Shown: piece by piece, positions 1 to 9,480 of the stretch
Position numbering within the stretch: position 1 is the stretch's first letter
How the letters are laid out: every line of letters starts with the position of its first letter
Program-made: the position numbers and the translations under genes
The notes under the pieces: generated by a model
The model's database searches: none
Seen by the model: the letters and a program-made list of their open reading frames with translations, nothing else
Told to the model about the DNA's origin: nothing
IMG/VR virus record: IMGVR_UViG_3300031993_006627
Location: 64,001 to 128,000 of that record
DNA length: 64,000 bases
Source of the DNA: a virus
Taxonomy: Duplodnaviria > Caudoviricetes
Strand: one strand, 5' to 3'

Positions 1-1
1 T

Positions 2-118
2 GCCGACGGTAAGGACCGCAAAGAAGCGACTGCGAAACTCGCCCGCAAGTTCTGCAACACTGTCCCGCTGTTCACTGCCAACGGGAAGGAGATCGAAAGG
101 GTCATTGGCAATGGCTAA
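2..118 (+). CDS. 3' end of hypothetical phage protein (partial)
   Basis: Open frame from base 2 to TAA 116-118, overlapping the next ATG at 111. Confidence 0.6.
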   Translation, partial: ADGKDRKEATAKLARKFCNTVPLFTANGKEIERVIGNG

Positions 119-623
119 TTGCTGCATGATCACCCTTCGTATGGACTTCGGCAGTAAGTTGGAAGCAGACACCTGCTTCAACTGGATCGAAGCCAAGATG
201 AAGGAGACGCTGGAAGACAAACCAGGATACGGCTTCGAGCTCGGAAAGGACACCAAGTTCTGGATCCTTGACTACGATGTGGTTCGTGTGTCGGATATCA
301 GTGTGGAGATTGGCGGCTGGGTGAAGTGGGCCATTGACACGCCTGCTTTTGTCAAAGCTGTGGACCAGCTCACCAAGAGCTATGACATTCGATACCTGCG
401 TTGTGACTACGAGGAGTCCGGGAACAACGTGTACGGTTACTGGGAGTATTTCCAGGAGAATCATACCCTGACAGACTGGGGCGTGGATCAGCACTACTGT
501 GATGAGTACTGGGACAGCCACCGGGAAGAAGCCGAAACAGACGAGGGCGTGGCGGAGATCATCGAGCACTTTTGCAACGCCCCCGCAGAAGCCTACAACG
601 CAGACTATGAGGTGCAGTTATGA
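111..623 (+). CDS. Hypothetical acidic phage protein (possible DUF1281/YubB ferredoxin-like fold)
   Basis: ORF coupled to its neighbours; the DYEESGNNVYG segment loosely resembles the YEEPG..F.G motif of that family (weak). Confidence 0.6.
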   Translation: MANCCMITLRMDFGSKLEADTCFNWIEAKMKETLEDKPGYGFELGKDTKFWILDYDVVRVSDISVEIGGWVKWAIDTPAFVKAVDQLTKSYDIRYLRCDYEESGNNVYGYWEYFQENHTLTDWGVDQHYCDEYWDSHREEAETDEGVAEIIEHFCNAPAEAYNADYEVQL

Positions 624-1024
624 CCGACGAAGAGTTCGACGAAGTAAAGGAGAACGATACCGTTTACATCGTTCTGGATGAAGAATACAGGTATCCGGAG
701 GATGATCGTTCCATTATCACGCAACCCATCAAGCCGACGCTGTTCAAGGCAAAGGTACTTGGCAAGCTCTGCGACTACGACAACTGGGGCGCCTACGTGC
801 ACATCGAAGGTTCCCAGCGGAAGCACGAGTTCTTCCAGTACTATTCCCTGGAGACTCAGCCGGTCAAGGCTATCTGGAACTATACCAGACAGCTCCAGAT
901 GAGTCTTATGCACAAGCTCAAGGAAGAGGACCGGACGGAACAGTGCGGTGTGTTCGGCGGACGTTGCGATCACATCGGGTGGTGTGATGAGTGCCCCCGT
1001 GTAACAGAGGATGACGAATTATGA
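620..1024 (+). CDS. Hypothetical protein with Cys-rich C-terminus
   Basis: ATGA overlap, GAGGTG SD; C-terminal C..C..C..C cluster. Confidence 0.7.
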   Translation: MTDEEFDEVKENDTVYIVLDEEYRYPEDDRSIITQPIKPTLFKAKVLGKLCDYDNWGAYVHIEGSQRKHEFFQYYSLETQPVKAIWNYTRQLQMSLMHKLKEEDRTEQCGVFGGRCDHIGWCDECPRVTEDDEL

Positions 1025-1299
1025 ATGTTACTAAGAAAAGTCGCAAGGAGCGTCTTGCCACTTTCCGGAAGGAGATCGAAGACGACCTGAAGAAGCTCGG
1101 GGAGACGGAGGAAGTTATGGAGATGCTCCATGATATCGTTCGGGATCCAGATAGGGCTTATGATTATTTCTACAGGTGTCGTGACGATGCAGTGAACCTC
1201 AAGTTGCGCCTGAAGGAAAGGATCAAATTCCTTTTGGACAAAGACCTTCTGCCGCGTGATTTCGGAAAAACGATTCTTGCAGAATTGGAGAACAGCTGA
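1021..1299 (+). CDS. Hypothetical protein
   Basis: ATGA overlap with the upstream gene; helical, charged composition. Confidence 0.7.
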   Translation: MNVTKKSRKERLATFRKEIEDDLKKLGETEEVMEMLHDIVRDPDRAYDYFYRCRDDAVNLKLRLKERIKFLLDKDLLPRDFGKTILAELENS

Positions 1300-1496
1300 T
1301 GAACAAAAGACAGTACGAACTCCTCAAGAAGGCGCATGCGGAGTTGGTGCGCCTGGCGGATCAAATGACCGATGTTACCTGTGACACGGAAACACTTGGC
1401 ACAGCAAGAGATGCGCTGGAGGATGTTCTCTTCCAGGCATCGGATCATTTCGAGGAACAACCCTCGGAAGACGACTACGATGTGGAGGATCTCTGA
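1299..1496 (+). CDS. Hypothetical protein
   Basis: TGATG coupling, GGAG SD. Confidence 0.7.
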   Translation: MNKRQYELLKKAHAELVRLADQMTDVTCDTETLGTARDALEDVLFQASDHFEEQPSEDDYDVEDL

Positions 1497-1723
1497 TGGT
1501 TGCCATATCGAAAGCGCAGATGGATGAGCAGGCTCGCAAGGCTTGGCTCATGGGGATGCAGCAGTGGGATGCTGTGATGCAGATGGCGAAAACCTGTCCG
1601 CATGTCAGAGGGTTCACTTACATCGGACCTGACAGCATCACCATTTCTATCTCAGATAAGTGTCCGTGGCTGAAGTTCCGTGAACGCCTACAGAAGGAGG
1701 TGCAGCATGCTGACGCAGTTTGA
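1496..1723 (+). CDS. Hypothetical protein
   Basis: TGATG coupling, GGAGG SD. Confidence 0.65.
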   Translation: MVAISKAQMDEQARKAWLMGMQQWDAVMQMAKTCPHVRGFTYIGPDSITISISDKCPWLKFRERLQKEVQHADAV

Positions 1724-1889
1724 GACGGACGCGATCACCAGAGGCGTTCTCGCCTTGGAAAGAATCGCAGACGCTCTGGAGTCAATCCGGGATAAGCTGC
1801 CGGAAGATGTTCCCAGTCTGACGGAGGCGGATGCCTGCGATTTCCCGTGCGATCACAAACACGACAAGTGGAAACAGGGATATGACTGA
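1707..1889 (+). CDS. Hypothetical protein (MLTQFETD...)
   Basis: AAGGAGG SD at 1694-1700 ahead of ATG 1707. Confidence 0.65.
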   Translation: MLTQFETDAITRGVLALERIADALESIRDKLPEDVPSLTEADACDFPCDHKHDKWKQGYD

Positions 1890-1894
1890 TCCCG

Positions 1895-1945
1895 AAAGGG
1901 GTCGAAATCGAGCCCCTTTGCTGCAAGGCATTGGGGCTTATTTTT
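1895..1945 (+). terminator. Hairpin(s) plus T-tract ending the first gene cluster
   Basis: AGCCCC(1911-1916)...GGGGCT(1933-1938) then TATTTTT; alternative stem AAAGGGG/CCCCTTT at 1895-1919. Confidence 0.45.
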
Positions 1946-2021
1946 ACAGGTTTCTGGGGCATAATAGGTTGATGCGGTGCATGGTGTACCGCACACCTTC
2001 ACTTAACCAAAGGAGTACAAA

Positions 2022-2279
2022 ATGCAAGTACAAGAAGGTGCTGTCGTTCACGCAGTTGTCGTTCAGGCAAATGCCGTGATTGTGACTGAAGTTCGTGTGG
2101 ACTACGAGTGCGACGGAAAGTGGCACTGCCACGAGTTGCACAAAATGATGATCCGAAACGGGGAAGCCTATCGCCCCGGATTGGATCTGTACGCGAACGA
2201 CCTGTTTACATCGGAACAACAGGCAGTCGCTGAGGCTAAGAGACGTCGGCCGACCGGCCAGAATAAAGGAGGCCACTGA
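2022..2279 (+). CDS. Hypothetical protein
   Basis: AAGGAG SD; coupled to the next gene. Confidence 0.7.
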   Translation: MQVQEGAVVHAVVVQANAVIVTEVRVDYECDGKWHCHELHKMMIRNGEAYRPGLDLYANDLFTSEQQAVAEAKRRRPTGQNKGGH

Positions 2280-2494
2280 TGCAAACTAAGTTCAGACCGT
2301 TGGATCGTATGTATTTCCCAATGTGGCAGAAACAGTTCGCAGAGAGTATCTCGTTGTGCCCAGTCGAGATCGATTCTGCCACAGGAATGGTTACAGCGTT
2401 CGTGGACAAGACTACGGTTAATGACAACAAGGAAAGTATACTGGCAGCAAACATGCATCAGCTTGCTGATTGCGTTGCCAGAACTCGTAAGTGA
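2279..2494 (+). CDS. Hypothetical protein
   Basis: AAGGAGG SD, TGATG overlap. Confidence 0.65.
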   Translation: MQTKFRPLDRMYFPMWQKQFAESISLCPVEIDSATGMVTAFVDKTTVNDNKESILAANMHQLADCVARTRK

Positions 2495-2499
2495 GTTGT

Positions 2500-2528
2500 A
2501 AGCCCAGGAAACTCCTGGGCTTCTTTTT
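2500..2528. terminator. Intrinsic terminator between convergent genes
   Basis: AAGCCCAGG-aaact-CCTGGGCTT followed by CTTTTT. Confidence 0.7.
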
Positions 2529-2814
2529 ACACTTTAGGGGGTGGCTGACCATACTGAAGCAGGCGCTCGATATCTTTCTTGTCATACATCCGGTTGCTTT
2601 TCGTGATGTAGACTTCCCGGATCCAGCCGTTCTTCACATAGCGGCGCAATGTTGGCCGCGTGCATCCCAGGAGGCGCACAGCACCAAGGGCAGTGACAGT
2701 TTCCCTTTCGTCTGCGTGATCCAGCAGATACATGACGTCTTGCATTGTTTCCGGATGCACCGTTGTGTCCCAGTTGAGGATCTTCTGGATACACCATTTT
2801 GTCAGCTTTTTCAT
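2527..2814 (-). CDS. MerR/excisionase-like (HTH_17-type) DNA-binding protein
   Basis: VTALGAVRLLGCTRPTLRRYVKNGWI...RMYDKKDIERLL winged-HTH pattern; GGAGGTG SD. Confidence 0.7.
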   Translation of the reverse strand: MKKLTKWCIQKILNWDTTVHPETMQDVMYLLDHADERETVTALGAVRLLGCTRPTLRRYVKNGWIREVYITKSNRMYDKKDIERLLQYGQPPPKV

Positions 2815-3021
2815 ATGACACCTCCGCTATAGTAAAGCGCAGGGGTTATAATGGTGCAAGACTCCCGGAAAAGTTCTCCATAGCTCTTGCCGGGAAGTGG
2901 AAAGCCATGCCTATGCAAACCGGTGTACTGTTTCTGTTTGGGTTGAAGTGGGGACGATGAACATCGGTCAGACATGTGATGGGTGCGTGACTCCAGACGC
3001 GCCGAAACTCCTTTCGGGGGT

Positions 3022-3059
3022 GCCCGCCGGATTGCCCGCCGGCGGGCGCTCTTTTTATT
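3022..3059. terminator. GC-rich hairpin plus T-tract
   Basis: GCCCGCCGG...CCGGCGGGC followed by GCTCTTTTTATT. Confidence 0.6.
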
Positions 3060-3135
3060 CCTCTGTATCGTAGAGGAACATCTCTGCCAGCTCTTTGTAG
3101 AACTCGACGGTACCCTGCACGAAAGTCTCTTCCAT
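3055..3135 (-). CDS. 26-aa acidic small protein MEETFVQGTVEFYKELAEMFLYDTEE (not called separately in the ORF track)
   Basis: Strong SD AAGGAGGAG just upstream of the ATG on the minus strand; stop abuts the terminator hairpin. Confidence 0.55.
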   Translation of the reverse strand: MEETFVQGTVEFYKELAEMFLYDTEE

Positions 3136-3195
3136 GGTCTCCTCCTTGGTTGTCCCTATCGGTACTGTAAAGCATAACAACAACGGAGTACTGCC

Positions 3196-3789
3196 ATGAA
3201 GCATTCTGATTTTTACAACATGATGTCGCAAGAGAGCGGCGTGATCACGACAGACGACAACGGCAACAGCATCTGCACCATCTGCCATGGTGTCGGGAAG
3301 CACTTCGAAGCCTCTGTCAAGCACCACAAAGGCTGCGCCTTCATCAAGGCGATTAAGTCCATGGAAGACATCATGCCGGACAAAATTACACTCCAGGTGG
3401 AAAATTCGATCACACTCGGAATGATGCTTCCGTACCTTGCCAATATGGAAGCTGTCAACATGGACAGGATCTCGGATTACGTCAACTGCATGAAGGAGGC
3501 GGAATCCAAAGAGGAACGCGATCATGTCGCCGCCATCATCCAGGCCTGGTGTTTCTGTGTCAAGGATGAGATACTGGAAGCGGTTGTCGAACACGGGCTG
3601 CCGGACGACAAGGCGGAGGAAACCTTCAAGAACTACCTGATCTTCGAATGGTGCAACGAAGCCCAGCTGCTGCATCTTGCAGTTGAGACGCTTGCATTCG
3701 AGAACAGCAAGGCCGCCTTCTATCCGAAATTCAAAGCGCTCCTCTGTGAGAAATATCCGCATTACGCGCAGTCTTCTAAGAAAGACTAA
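3196..3789 (+). CDS. Hypothetical protein (possible N-terminal Zn site CxxCH...HHxxC)
   Basis: GGAG SD; CTICH...KHHKGC. Confidence 0.75.
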   Translation: MKHSDFYNMMSQESGVITTDDNGNSICTICHGVGKHFEASVKHHKGCAFIKAIKSMEDIMPDKITLQVENSITLGMMLPYLANMEAVNMDRISDYVNCMKEAESKEERDHVAAIIQAWCFCVKDEILEAVVEHGLPDDKAEETFKNYLIFEWCNEAQLLHLAVETLAFENSKAAFYPKFKALLCEKYPHYAQSSKKD

Positions 3790-3805
3790 CACAGGAGCCA
3801 TCTAT

Positions 3806-4603
3806 ATGGAATGGAGATATATTGCAGATCCAAAGGTGGCCTCGAATCGTTATCGTATTTCTGAATACGGTACGCTCCATGATGTAGCCCGAAACAGAGA
3901 TATCAAGCAGTATCCTGATAAGGAAGGTTACATGCGAACGAGGGTGGTAACTGCAGATGGACAGGAAGCGAAATATCCAGTACACAGGTTGGTTGCTATG
4001 GCATTCCTTCCAGCTCCATTGGAGGGGCAAACGCATATTGATCATATAGACGGTAACAGATCTAATAATCATGTCAGTAATTTGCGTTGGTGTACCCCAA
4101 AAGAAAATAATAACTACGCTGGAACAGTCGTGCGAAAAGAAGCAGCGCACAGAATTGCAGAGGCATCTTTGAAAAGAAAAGTCCTGTGCGAGAATACGGG
4201 CGAAGAATTTGCCTCCATGACAGAGGCGGCGAAACATTTCAATATATCCCTTTCCGCAGTCACGCAGAGTTGTAGGAAGTTTGCAGAAGGGAAGCCAAGA
4301 CGTCCCACCAAGTTTGGAAAGCCAGTTATGCACTTTCGTTTGCTTGAGGAATCCCAGGGAGAAATTATACAGGATACTCAGGATACACTGGAACGCGCTG
4401 CCAGTAGATCTAATTCCAGAGCAGTGCGCTGTATTGAAACCGGTTTAGAATACCCTTCAGCATCTTCTGCGGCGAGAGCGCATGGCCTTCGCTATACTAC
4501 TGTTGTCGGCTCCTGTAACAGGCATGCAGCAGGAAGCCGACAGTCTAGAGCCTTCGGTTCGCGTAGATGTTATCATTTTACTTGGCTGGGACAGAGTGCT
4601 TAA
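3806..4603 (+). mobile_element. Free-standing NUMOD4-HNH homing endonuclease with two C-terminal NUMOD1/IENR1-like repeats
   Basis: EWRYI..RYRISEYG (NUMOD4); VHRLVAMAFL..IDHIDGNRSNNHVSNLRWCTPKEN (HNH); repeats KVLCENTGEEFASMTEAAKHF and AVRCIETGLEYPSASSAARAHG; AT-richer than flanks; start placed at ATG 3806 after AGGAG. Confidence 0.9.
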
Positions 4604-4613
4604 CGTCCAGCAA

Positions 4614-4624
4614 TCTTATATAAG
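4614..4624 (+). promoter_or_regulatory. Putative late promoter (TATA-R motif)
   Basis: TCTTATATAAG upstream of the portal; same core recurs before most structural operons. Confidence 0.45.
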
Positions 4625-4642
4625 ACACACAGGAGACACAAA

Positions 4643-6526
4643 ATGGCATTCCATCCTGACCCAGTTACGGGTTCTGCAGCATATTCGAGACTCAATCCTT
4701 TTAGGACGTGGTCAAATTTTGTCTACCCGCGTACCATCGACCAGGTGCTTATCTGGGCGCAGTGGTTCTGGGATCGCAACGCGAAATACCGCACGGTCAT
4801 CCAGAAGGTTATCTCGTATTTCGTCTCCGGCATCAATGTCACCCAGACGAATGAAAACGAGTCCTCCGATACGGACGCGGTGGCCGATGTCAAGGCAATG
4901 CTGATCGACCAGTACGACCTTCTGAATCTCACCAACAAGGTTGGCGTGGAGCTGGCGGCTCTGGGCAACGTGTTTGTCTCCTGTGAGAAACCGATCACCA
5001 GAATGCTCCTCTGCCCGACAGAGGGCTGCAACTGGATGATGGCTCTCAAGCAGTTGACCAAGAATGTCGAGTACAAATGGGACGGCAAGCATTTCACCGG
5101 TGTTTGCCCGAAGTGCCATAAGGAAGTCGTGTACAAGATCCATGACCAGGAGACCACGGATGCAGAAGGCCGCAAGGTGAAATTCATCTTCCGCGATCCA
5201 CAGGACATCCGCATCCAGTATAACCGGCTGACCGATACCTTCATGTATTACTACAAGATGCCGGATGACATCCGTAACGCCATTCTCCGTGGCGACCCTG
5301 TGTATCTGCTGAATACCCCGCAGGTGTTCCTGGAAGCGGCGCCGGAACAGGCACTCATCGAGTTCCGGGAAGAGGATTTCTTTGCCGCCAGAACCTACAC
5401 GCTGTCTTGCCTGGACAAGCGCTATAAGGGCTGGGGGCTTCCTCTTTTCATGCCCAGCTTCGACAACATGCTCCGGTTGCAGCATCTGGATAAATTCAAC
5501 GAAGCGATCACGCTGGATTACATCGCACCGACCCGTATCATCAGCCCACAGCCGCAGAACCTGCAGGCCGGCATGGGCGATCCGAACCGCGCACCTCTCA
5601 GCGGCAACGTCTTCCGGAGCTTCATCGAGAGCAGCCTGAAGCGTGTCAAGGAGAACCCGACCACCTGGATCGTTTCGCCGGTTCCCGTGCAGTACCAGCT
5701 GATGGGCGGCGAGGGCAAGGAACTCGCTCCCGTGGATCTCATGGAGTGGTACGTCACCCAGTTCAACTCCGATACCGGCATCCCGCAGGAATTCCGTCAA
5801 ACCACCTTCCAGGTGGTTGCTCCGTCCATGGGCATGCGCATGTTCGAACGCCAGTGGCGCCCGAATACCAAGCCGATGGACCGGTTTGTCCGCTGGGCTG
5901 GCCAGCATGTCTGCGACGTGGAAAAGGCTGAGAACATGCGTGTCACGCTGGATATCACCAGTTTCGTCGAAGACGACATGAACAAGCAGATGCGCTTCCA
6001 GCTGATGCAGGGCGGCGTGATCTCCAAGACCGAAACGCTGCGCAGTATCGGCATCGAGTTCGAGGACGACCTGAAGACCCGCATCGGAGAAATGAAGAAG
6101 GAACAGGAGCTCATGCAGAAGGAAGAGAAGGACCAGCAGGACCGCGAGATGGTTGGCTCGGTCATTCCTCCCACTGTTCTCAACGGTGTCAATCAGGCGC
6201 AGGGTGTTCTGGATGCCCAGATGGGTGTTCCACAGGATCCCAATGCACCGGCTGGTCCTGGTGCCCCGATGGCTCCTGCTGCACCGGCCCCGGCCAGCAA
6301 TCCGGATTCGGAGGGCGGCGGTGCCCCGATGGGCAGCGTCTGGCAGCAGGCGATGGACGAGGCGAACAGACTCTATACGCTGCCGCCTGAAGTACGTCGT
6401 CGTGAGCTGGTCAACATGAAAGCCAATAACCAGGAACTCCATGCGGCAGTTATCGAGATCATGAAGGACATGAAGCAGGACGTCGCATCGCAGGCCGTGG
6501 CCCAGAGCCAGCAGCCGCAACAGTAA
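4643..6526 (+). CDS. Putative portal protein with Zn-ribbon insertion
   Basis: First gene of the structural block, 627 aa; helical N-terminus, C-terminal GGVISKTETLRSIGIEFEDD segment typical of portal crowns, Pro/Ala-rich tail; CPTEGC...CPKC insert. Confidence 0.6.
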   Translation: MAFHPDPVTGSAAYSRLNPFRTWSNFVYPRTIDQVLIWAQWFWDRNAKYRTVIQKVISYFVSGINVTQTNENESSDTDAVADVKAMLIDQYDLLNLTNKVGVELAALGNVFVSCEKPITRMLLCPTEGCNWMMALKQLTKNVEYKWDGKHFTGVCPKCHKEVVYKIHDQETTDAEGRKVKFIFRDPQDIRIQYNRLTDTFMYYYKMPDDIRNAILRGDPVYLLNTPQVFLEAAPEQALIEFREEDFFAARTYTLSCLDKRYKGWGLPLFMPSFDNMLRLQHLDKFNEAITLDYIAPTRIISPQPQNLQAGMGDPNRAPLSGNVFRSFIESSLKRVKENPTTWIVSPVPVQYQLMGGEGKELAPVDLMEWYVTQFNSDTGIPQEFRQTTFQVVAPSMGMRMFERQWRPNTKPMDRFVRWAGQHVCDVEKAENMRVTLDITSFVEDDMNKQMRFQLMQGGVISKTETLRSIGIEFEDDLKTRIGEMKKEQELMQKEEKDQQDREMVGSVIPPTVLNGVNQAQGVLDAQMGVPQDPNAPAGPGAPMAPAAPAPASNPDSEGGGAPMGSVWQQAMDEANRLYTLPPEVRRRELVNMKANNQELHAAVIEIMKDMKQDVASQAVAQSQQPQQ

Positions 6527-6536
6527 GGAGAGCACC

Positions 6537-8600
6537 ATGACACTTGGCACGCTTATTAAGTTGGCGACAGAGCCGATTGAAATACCAGAAGGAGATCATT
6601 ACGGTCTTGGGAAAGTCCGGGATTTTTCCAATAAATATCTTGGCACGAATTTCACCTTTGGTGGGGATACCACGATTGATACCACACCCAGAGAACTGAT
6701 GCCAAAGAATGACCTTTCTGATGATTTAAGTCGCAGGCAGTCCCTTGTCAACGCATATCAACAGGGCCAGAACGACGCAAGCGACCGTTCCATTTTAGGT
6801 TTTGCCAAACCTTGGACAGAGCACCCCGATTATATTTCTGCCAAGCCGCCGACGGATCCGTGGTTGCGAGAACTGGATGAAGCGAAACGTCAGGGATACA
6901 ATGACAAGATGAAGGGCTACGCCATGAATGCCTCGGAGTATGCCGCTCGTCTGTCAAGAATCGCTCCATACGGTGTCCCACAGGTCGCAGATCGTCTGGC
7001 CGGCGCTATTACAAATGGAAAGATGGGTGTCACGGACTGGAACCAGACCAGGTCAGCCAACGATATTCAGAGAGAATATGCCAATGATGTAACTCGTACA
7101 CTTGATAATCCAGATACGCCACAGGGTCGGGACTATATCGCATTCAGGACGGGACTTACAGCGAATTCCCCGTGGACTGCCGGCATGAAAGACTGGGGCA
7201 GGGCGCACCCTGATAGCCCTATCGGCACAGTCGGAAATGCTCTGGGCCGTGTTGAGGATTTCGGGAACGAGCTGTTCAATAAGGGGAGTCTGATCAATGT
7301 CGGTCTCGCTGGTCCTGTAGGAAAAGCACTCACGTTCGGCAAGATGCGCCCAGGCATGCGCATCGCCGCAGAGGGCGCTGCTCTTGCTGCCCCGGACTGG
7401 GTGTATGCTGCAAGCCCGGAAGCTGCCATGTGGATCGGCAAACGGCCCATGCAGCAGGATGAGCGAGCAGCCCGGTTGACTTATGGTGATGCCATTGCCA
7501 ACCGCATGGCGAACGACAAGTATATGGGCTACTGGAGCGATGATAACGGTAATTACACGTTCAGTGGCTCGCAGATCAAGGATCCGGCGAAATTCGGTCA
7601 GGCTCTTGGTTATTTCCCGGACTACGGGCAGTATCTTCAGCAGCATGACATTGCGCCGGAACACTATGCCAATCAGAATGTACTGATGAACTATGTGATG
7701 AACCGTGTAGGCACCGGCACAGCCGGTACAGAGCTGTTCAACACACCGATGTTCCAGATGCTCGATCCGTCGAACAAGGCAAAGGCATTCGATACATGGC
7801 TGGAGAAACGCTATATCTCTGCGGAACGAAATGACAAGATTGGATGGAATTCTGCAGACAGCAAGGCGGTCAAACTGTCGAAAGCACTTGCCAGTGACTC
7901 GACTGGTGTTCTTCGCAATGGCATCCAGAATTTCTTCCGGTACGCAGATGCTCCGACGATTGCCAATTATCTTGGTAGCCATGCCGGTGGTGCTGGCGGT
8001 GGAACAGAAGGTGACATGGATGCTTTGTACGGCGTTTTGAAAGACAGTATCGTGATGAATATGCGGGAGAATCCCGGACATATCACACCGCTGGTTCAGG
8101 ACCTTGTGAAGCTGAAAGCATCCCAGGATCTGCTCGCAAAGAATGATCCCAATGCATCCATGAAGGGTGCCGAAGTCATCAAAGCGGCTTTCAAGGATGT
8201 CATGAAGGATCCGGAAGTGACTTCCCAGATGAGTGCAAGAGACAGAGAGGAATTCATCGCCGCTGTTGCACCTATCATGGAGACACCTGGTGGCGCTGAA
8301 CTTCTCGGAGGCGAGGCTGATGAAGCCGCTATGGCCGCTGTGCGTAATCTGCAGGGAGATGTTCTCGGTGCGGCTATAAGGCATCCGGATATCATACCGA
8401 AACTTGCCGGTTCCTGGACAGCGACTCATATTTCCCCGGAGGCTGGCAAATATGTCAGCAATCCATGGGTCTTCTGGAGCGTTCTGGCAACATTGGCGGC
8501 CGGCGGCGTGATTGCCGCGAGCAGTGTCTTCGACGATGATGAGGACGAGGACGACGAAGAACGCCAGTACAGAAAGGCAATCAGGCTTCTCAGTCGATGA
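6537..8600 (+). CDS. Putative internal head/ejected protein with C-terminal TM helix
   Basis: Leader MTLGTLIKLA; C-terminal PWVFWSVLATLAAGGVIAASSVF followed by an acidic tract. Confidence 0.55.
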   Translation: MTLGTLIKLATEPIEIPEGDHYGLGKVRDFSNKYLGTNFTFGGDTTIDTTPRELMPKNDLSDDLSRRQSLVNAYQQGQNDASDRSILGFAKPWTEHPDYISAKPPTDPWLRELDEAKRQGYNDKMKGYAMNASEYAARLSRIAPYGVPQVADRLAGAITNGKMGVTDWNQTRSANDIQREYANDVTRTLDNPDTPQGRDYIAFRTGLTANSPWTAGMKDWGRAHPDSPIGTVGNALGRVEDFGNELFNKGSLINVGLAGPVGKALTFGKMRPGMRIAAEGAALAAPDWVYAASPEAAMWIGKRPMQQDERAARLTYGDAIANRMANDKYMGYWSDDNGNYTFSGSQIKDPAKFGQALGYFPDYGQYLQQHDIAPEHYANQNVLMNYVMNRVGTGTAGTELFNTPMFQMLDPSNKAKAFDTWLEKRYISAERNDKIGWNSADSKAVKLSKALASDSTGVLRNGIQNFFRYADAPTIANYLGSHAGGAGGGTEGDMDALYGVLKDSIVMNMRENPGHITPLVQDLVKLKASQDLLAKNDPNASMKGAEVIKAAFKDVMKDPEVTSQMSARDREEFIAAVAPIMETPGGAELLGGEADEAAMAAVRNLQGDVLGAAIRHPDIIPKLAGSWTATHISPEAGKYVSNPWVFWSVLATLAAGGVIAASSVFDDDEDEDDEERQYRKAIRLLSR

Positions 8601-8630
8601 TGACGCGGCGGCTTTACTAAGAGGTGAACC

Positions 8631-9470
8631 ATGACAGATAATCCAGTTTCAAGAGCCGCAAATGTTTACAGAACGGTGACTGTGAACCCGACAATCAATG
8701 CCGGGATGCAGGGCGCGGTGGGCGCTGGCGTCGGTTATACAAGTTGGGATAGAATGATGAGTACGCTTCGTTCTCTTCTCCGCCGGCCTGTGGCAGCCAT
8801 GACCAGAATGTCTCCCAGGGAATTCGACGAAGAATGGGAGGAGATCCAGAAAGACAAGAAGATGCGGATCATCATTCCCAGCAGCATCGGCGCCAGTATC
8901 ATGGGGCTCAGTCTTCTGACTTCTTATCGACCCAATGAAGCACACGGCGGTCTGCTCAGTTGGAACGATGATCCAAAACCGCTGGATAAGACTGTGTATC
9001 GCGGCTACCGGATGCCGAATGATCCGAATCTGGAGATCAAGAAAACGGCGGCACTCAAGAAGCTGGCGAATGACATGTTCGAGTACGGCGGCTTTGTTCC
9101 ACGAGTGGATTTTTCACAGGTGTTCGATGCTCCTGCCATGAGACAGGAACTTTTCTCCAATGACCCCTGGATGAAGAAGGATCCCCTGACACAATACCGT
9201 GGTATCTCGATTCTTGCAGATGCCCAGAATCGTGCTGGTTCTTCGAATGTGTCCCTTGGTAATCTGTACGACAGTGCCATGGACAAATTCAAAACGAAGT
9301 TCAGCCTGATGGGTGTTACCGGTATCGCGGCCAAGACGATGTTCGCCAATGCAGCGTCCGACCTCCTGGTCAATGCTATCGGGACCATGCTTGATGTTCC
9401 ACAGGAGACTCGTGAGGATCTCATCAGCGCCGGTACATGGTACGGTGCAGCAAAAGCAATTCTAACATGA
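8631..9470 (+). CDS. Putative virion protein with hydrophobic segments
   Basis: KKTAALKKLA motif; GAVGAGVG and IIIPSSIGASIMGLSLL segments. Confidence 0.55.
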   Translation: MTDNPVSRAANVYRTVTVNPTINAGMQGAVGAGVGYTSWDRMMSTLRSLLRRPVAAMTRMSPREFDEEWEEIQKDKKMRIIIPSSIGASIMGLSLLTSYRPNEAHGGLLSWNDDPKPLDKTVYRGYRMPNDPNLEIKKTAALKKLANDMFEYGGFVPRVDFSQVFDAPAMRQELFSNDPWMKKDPLTQYRGISILADAQNRAGSSNVSLGNLYDSAMDKFKTKFSLMGVTGIAAKTMFANAASDLLVNAIGTMLDVPQETREDLISAGTWYGAAKAILT

Positions 9471-9480
9471 GGTATTACAT

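Noticed and set aside
2853-3135. Type I toxin-antitoxin pair
   Set aside because: The small peptide is acidic rather than a hydrophobic TM toxin, and antisense overlap is limited to the terminator.
4712-6550. Long minus-strand ORFs (also 33747-36320, 30516-32144, 40006-41415, 56808-58271 and others)
   Set aside because: Antisense shadows of codon-biased + strand genes, with no recognisable motifs.
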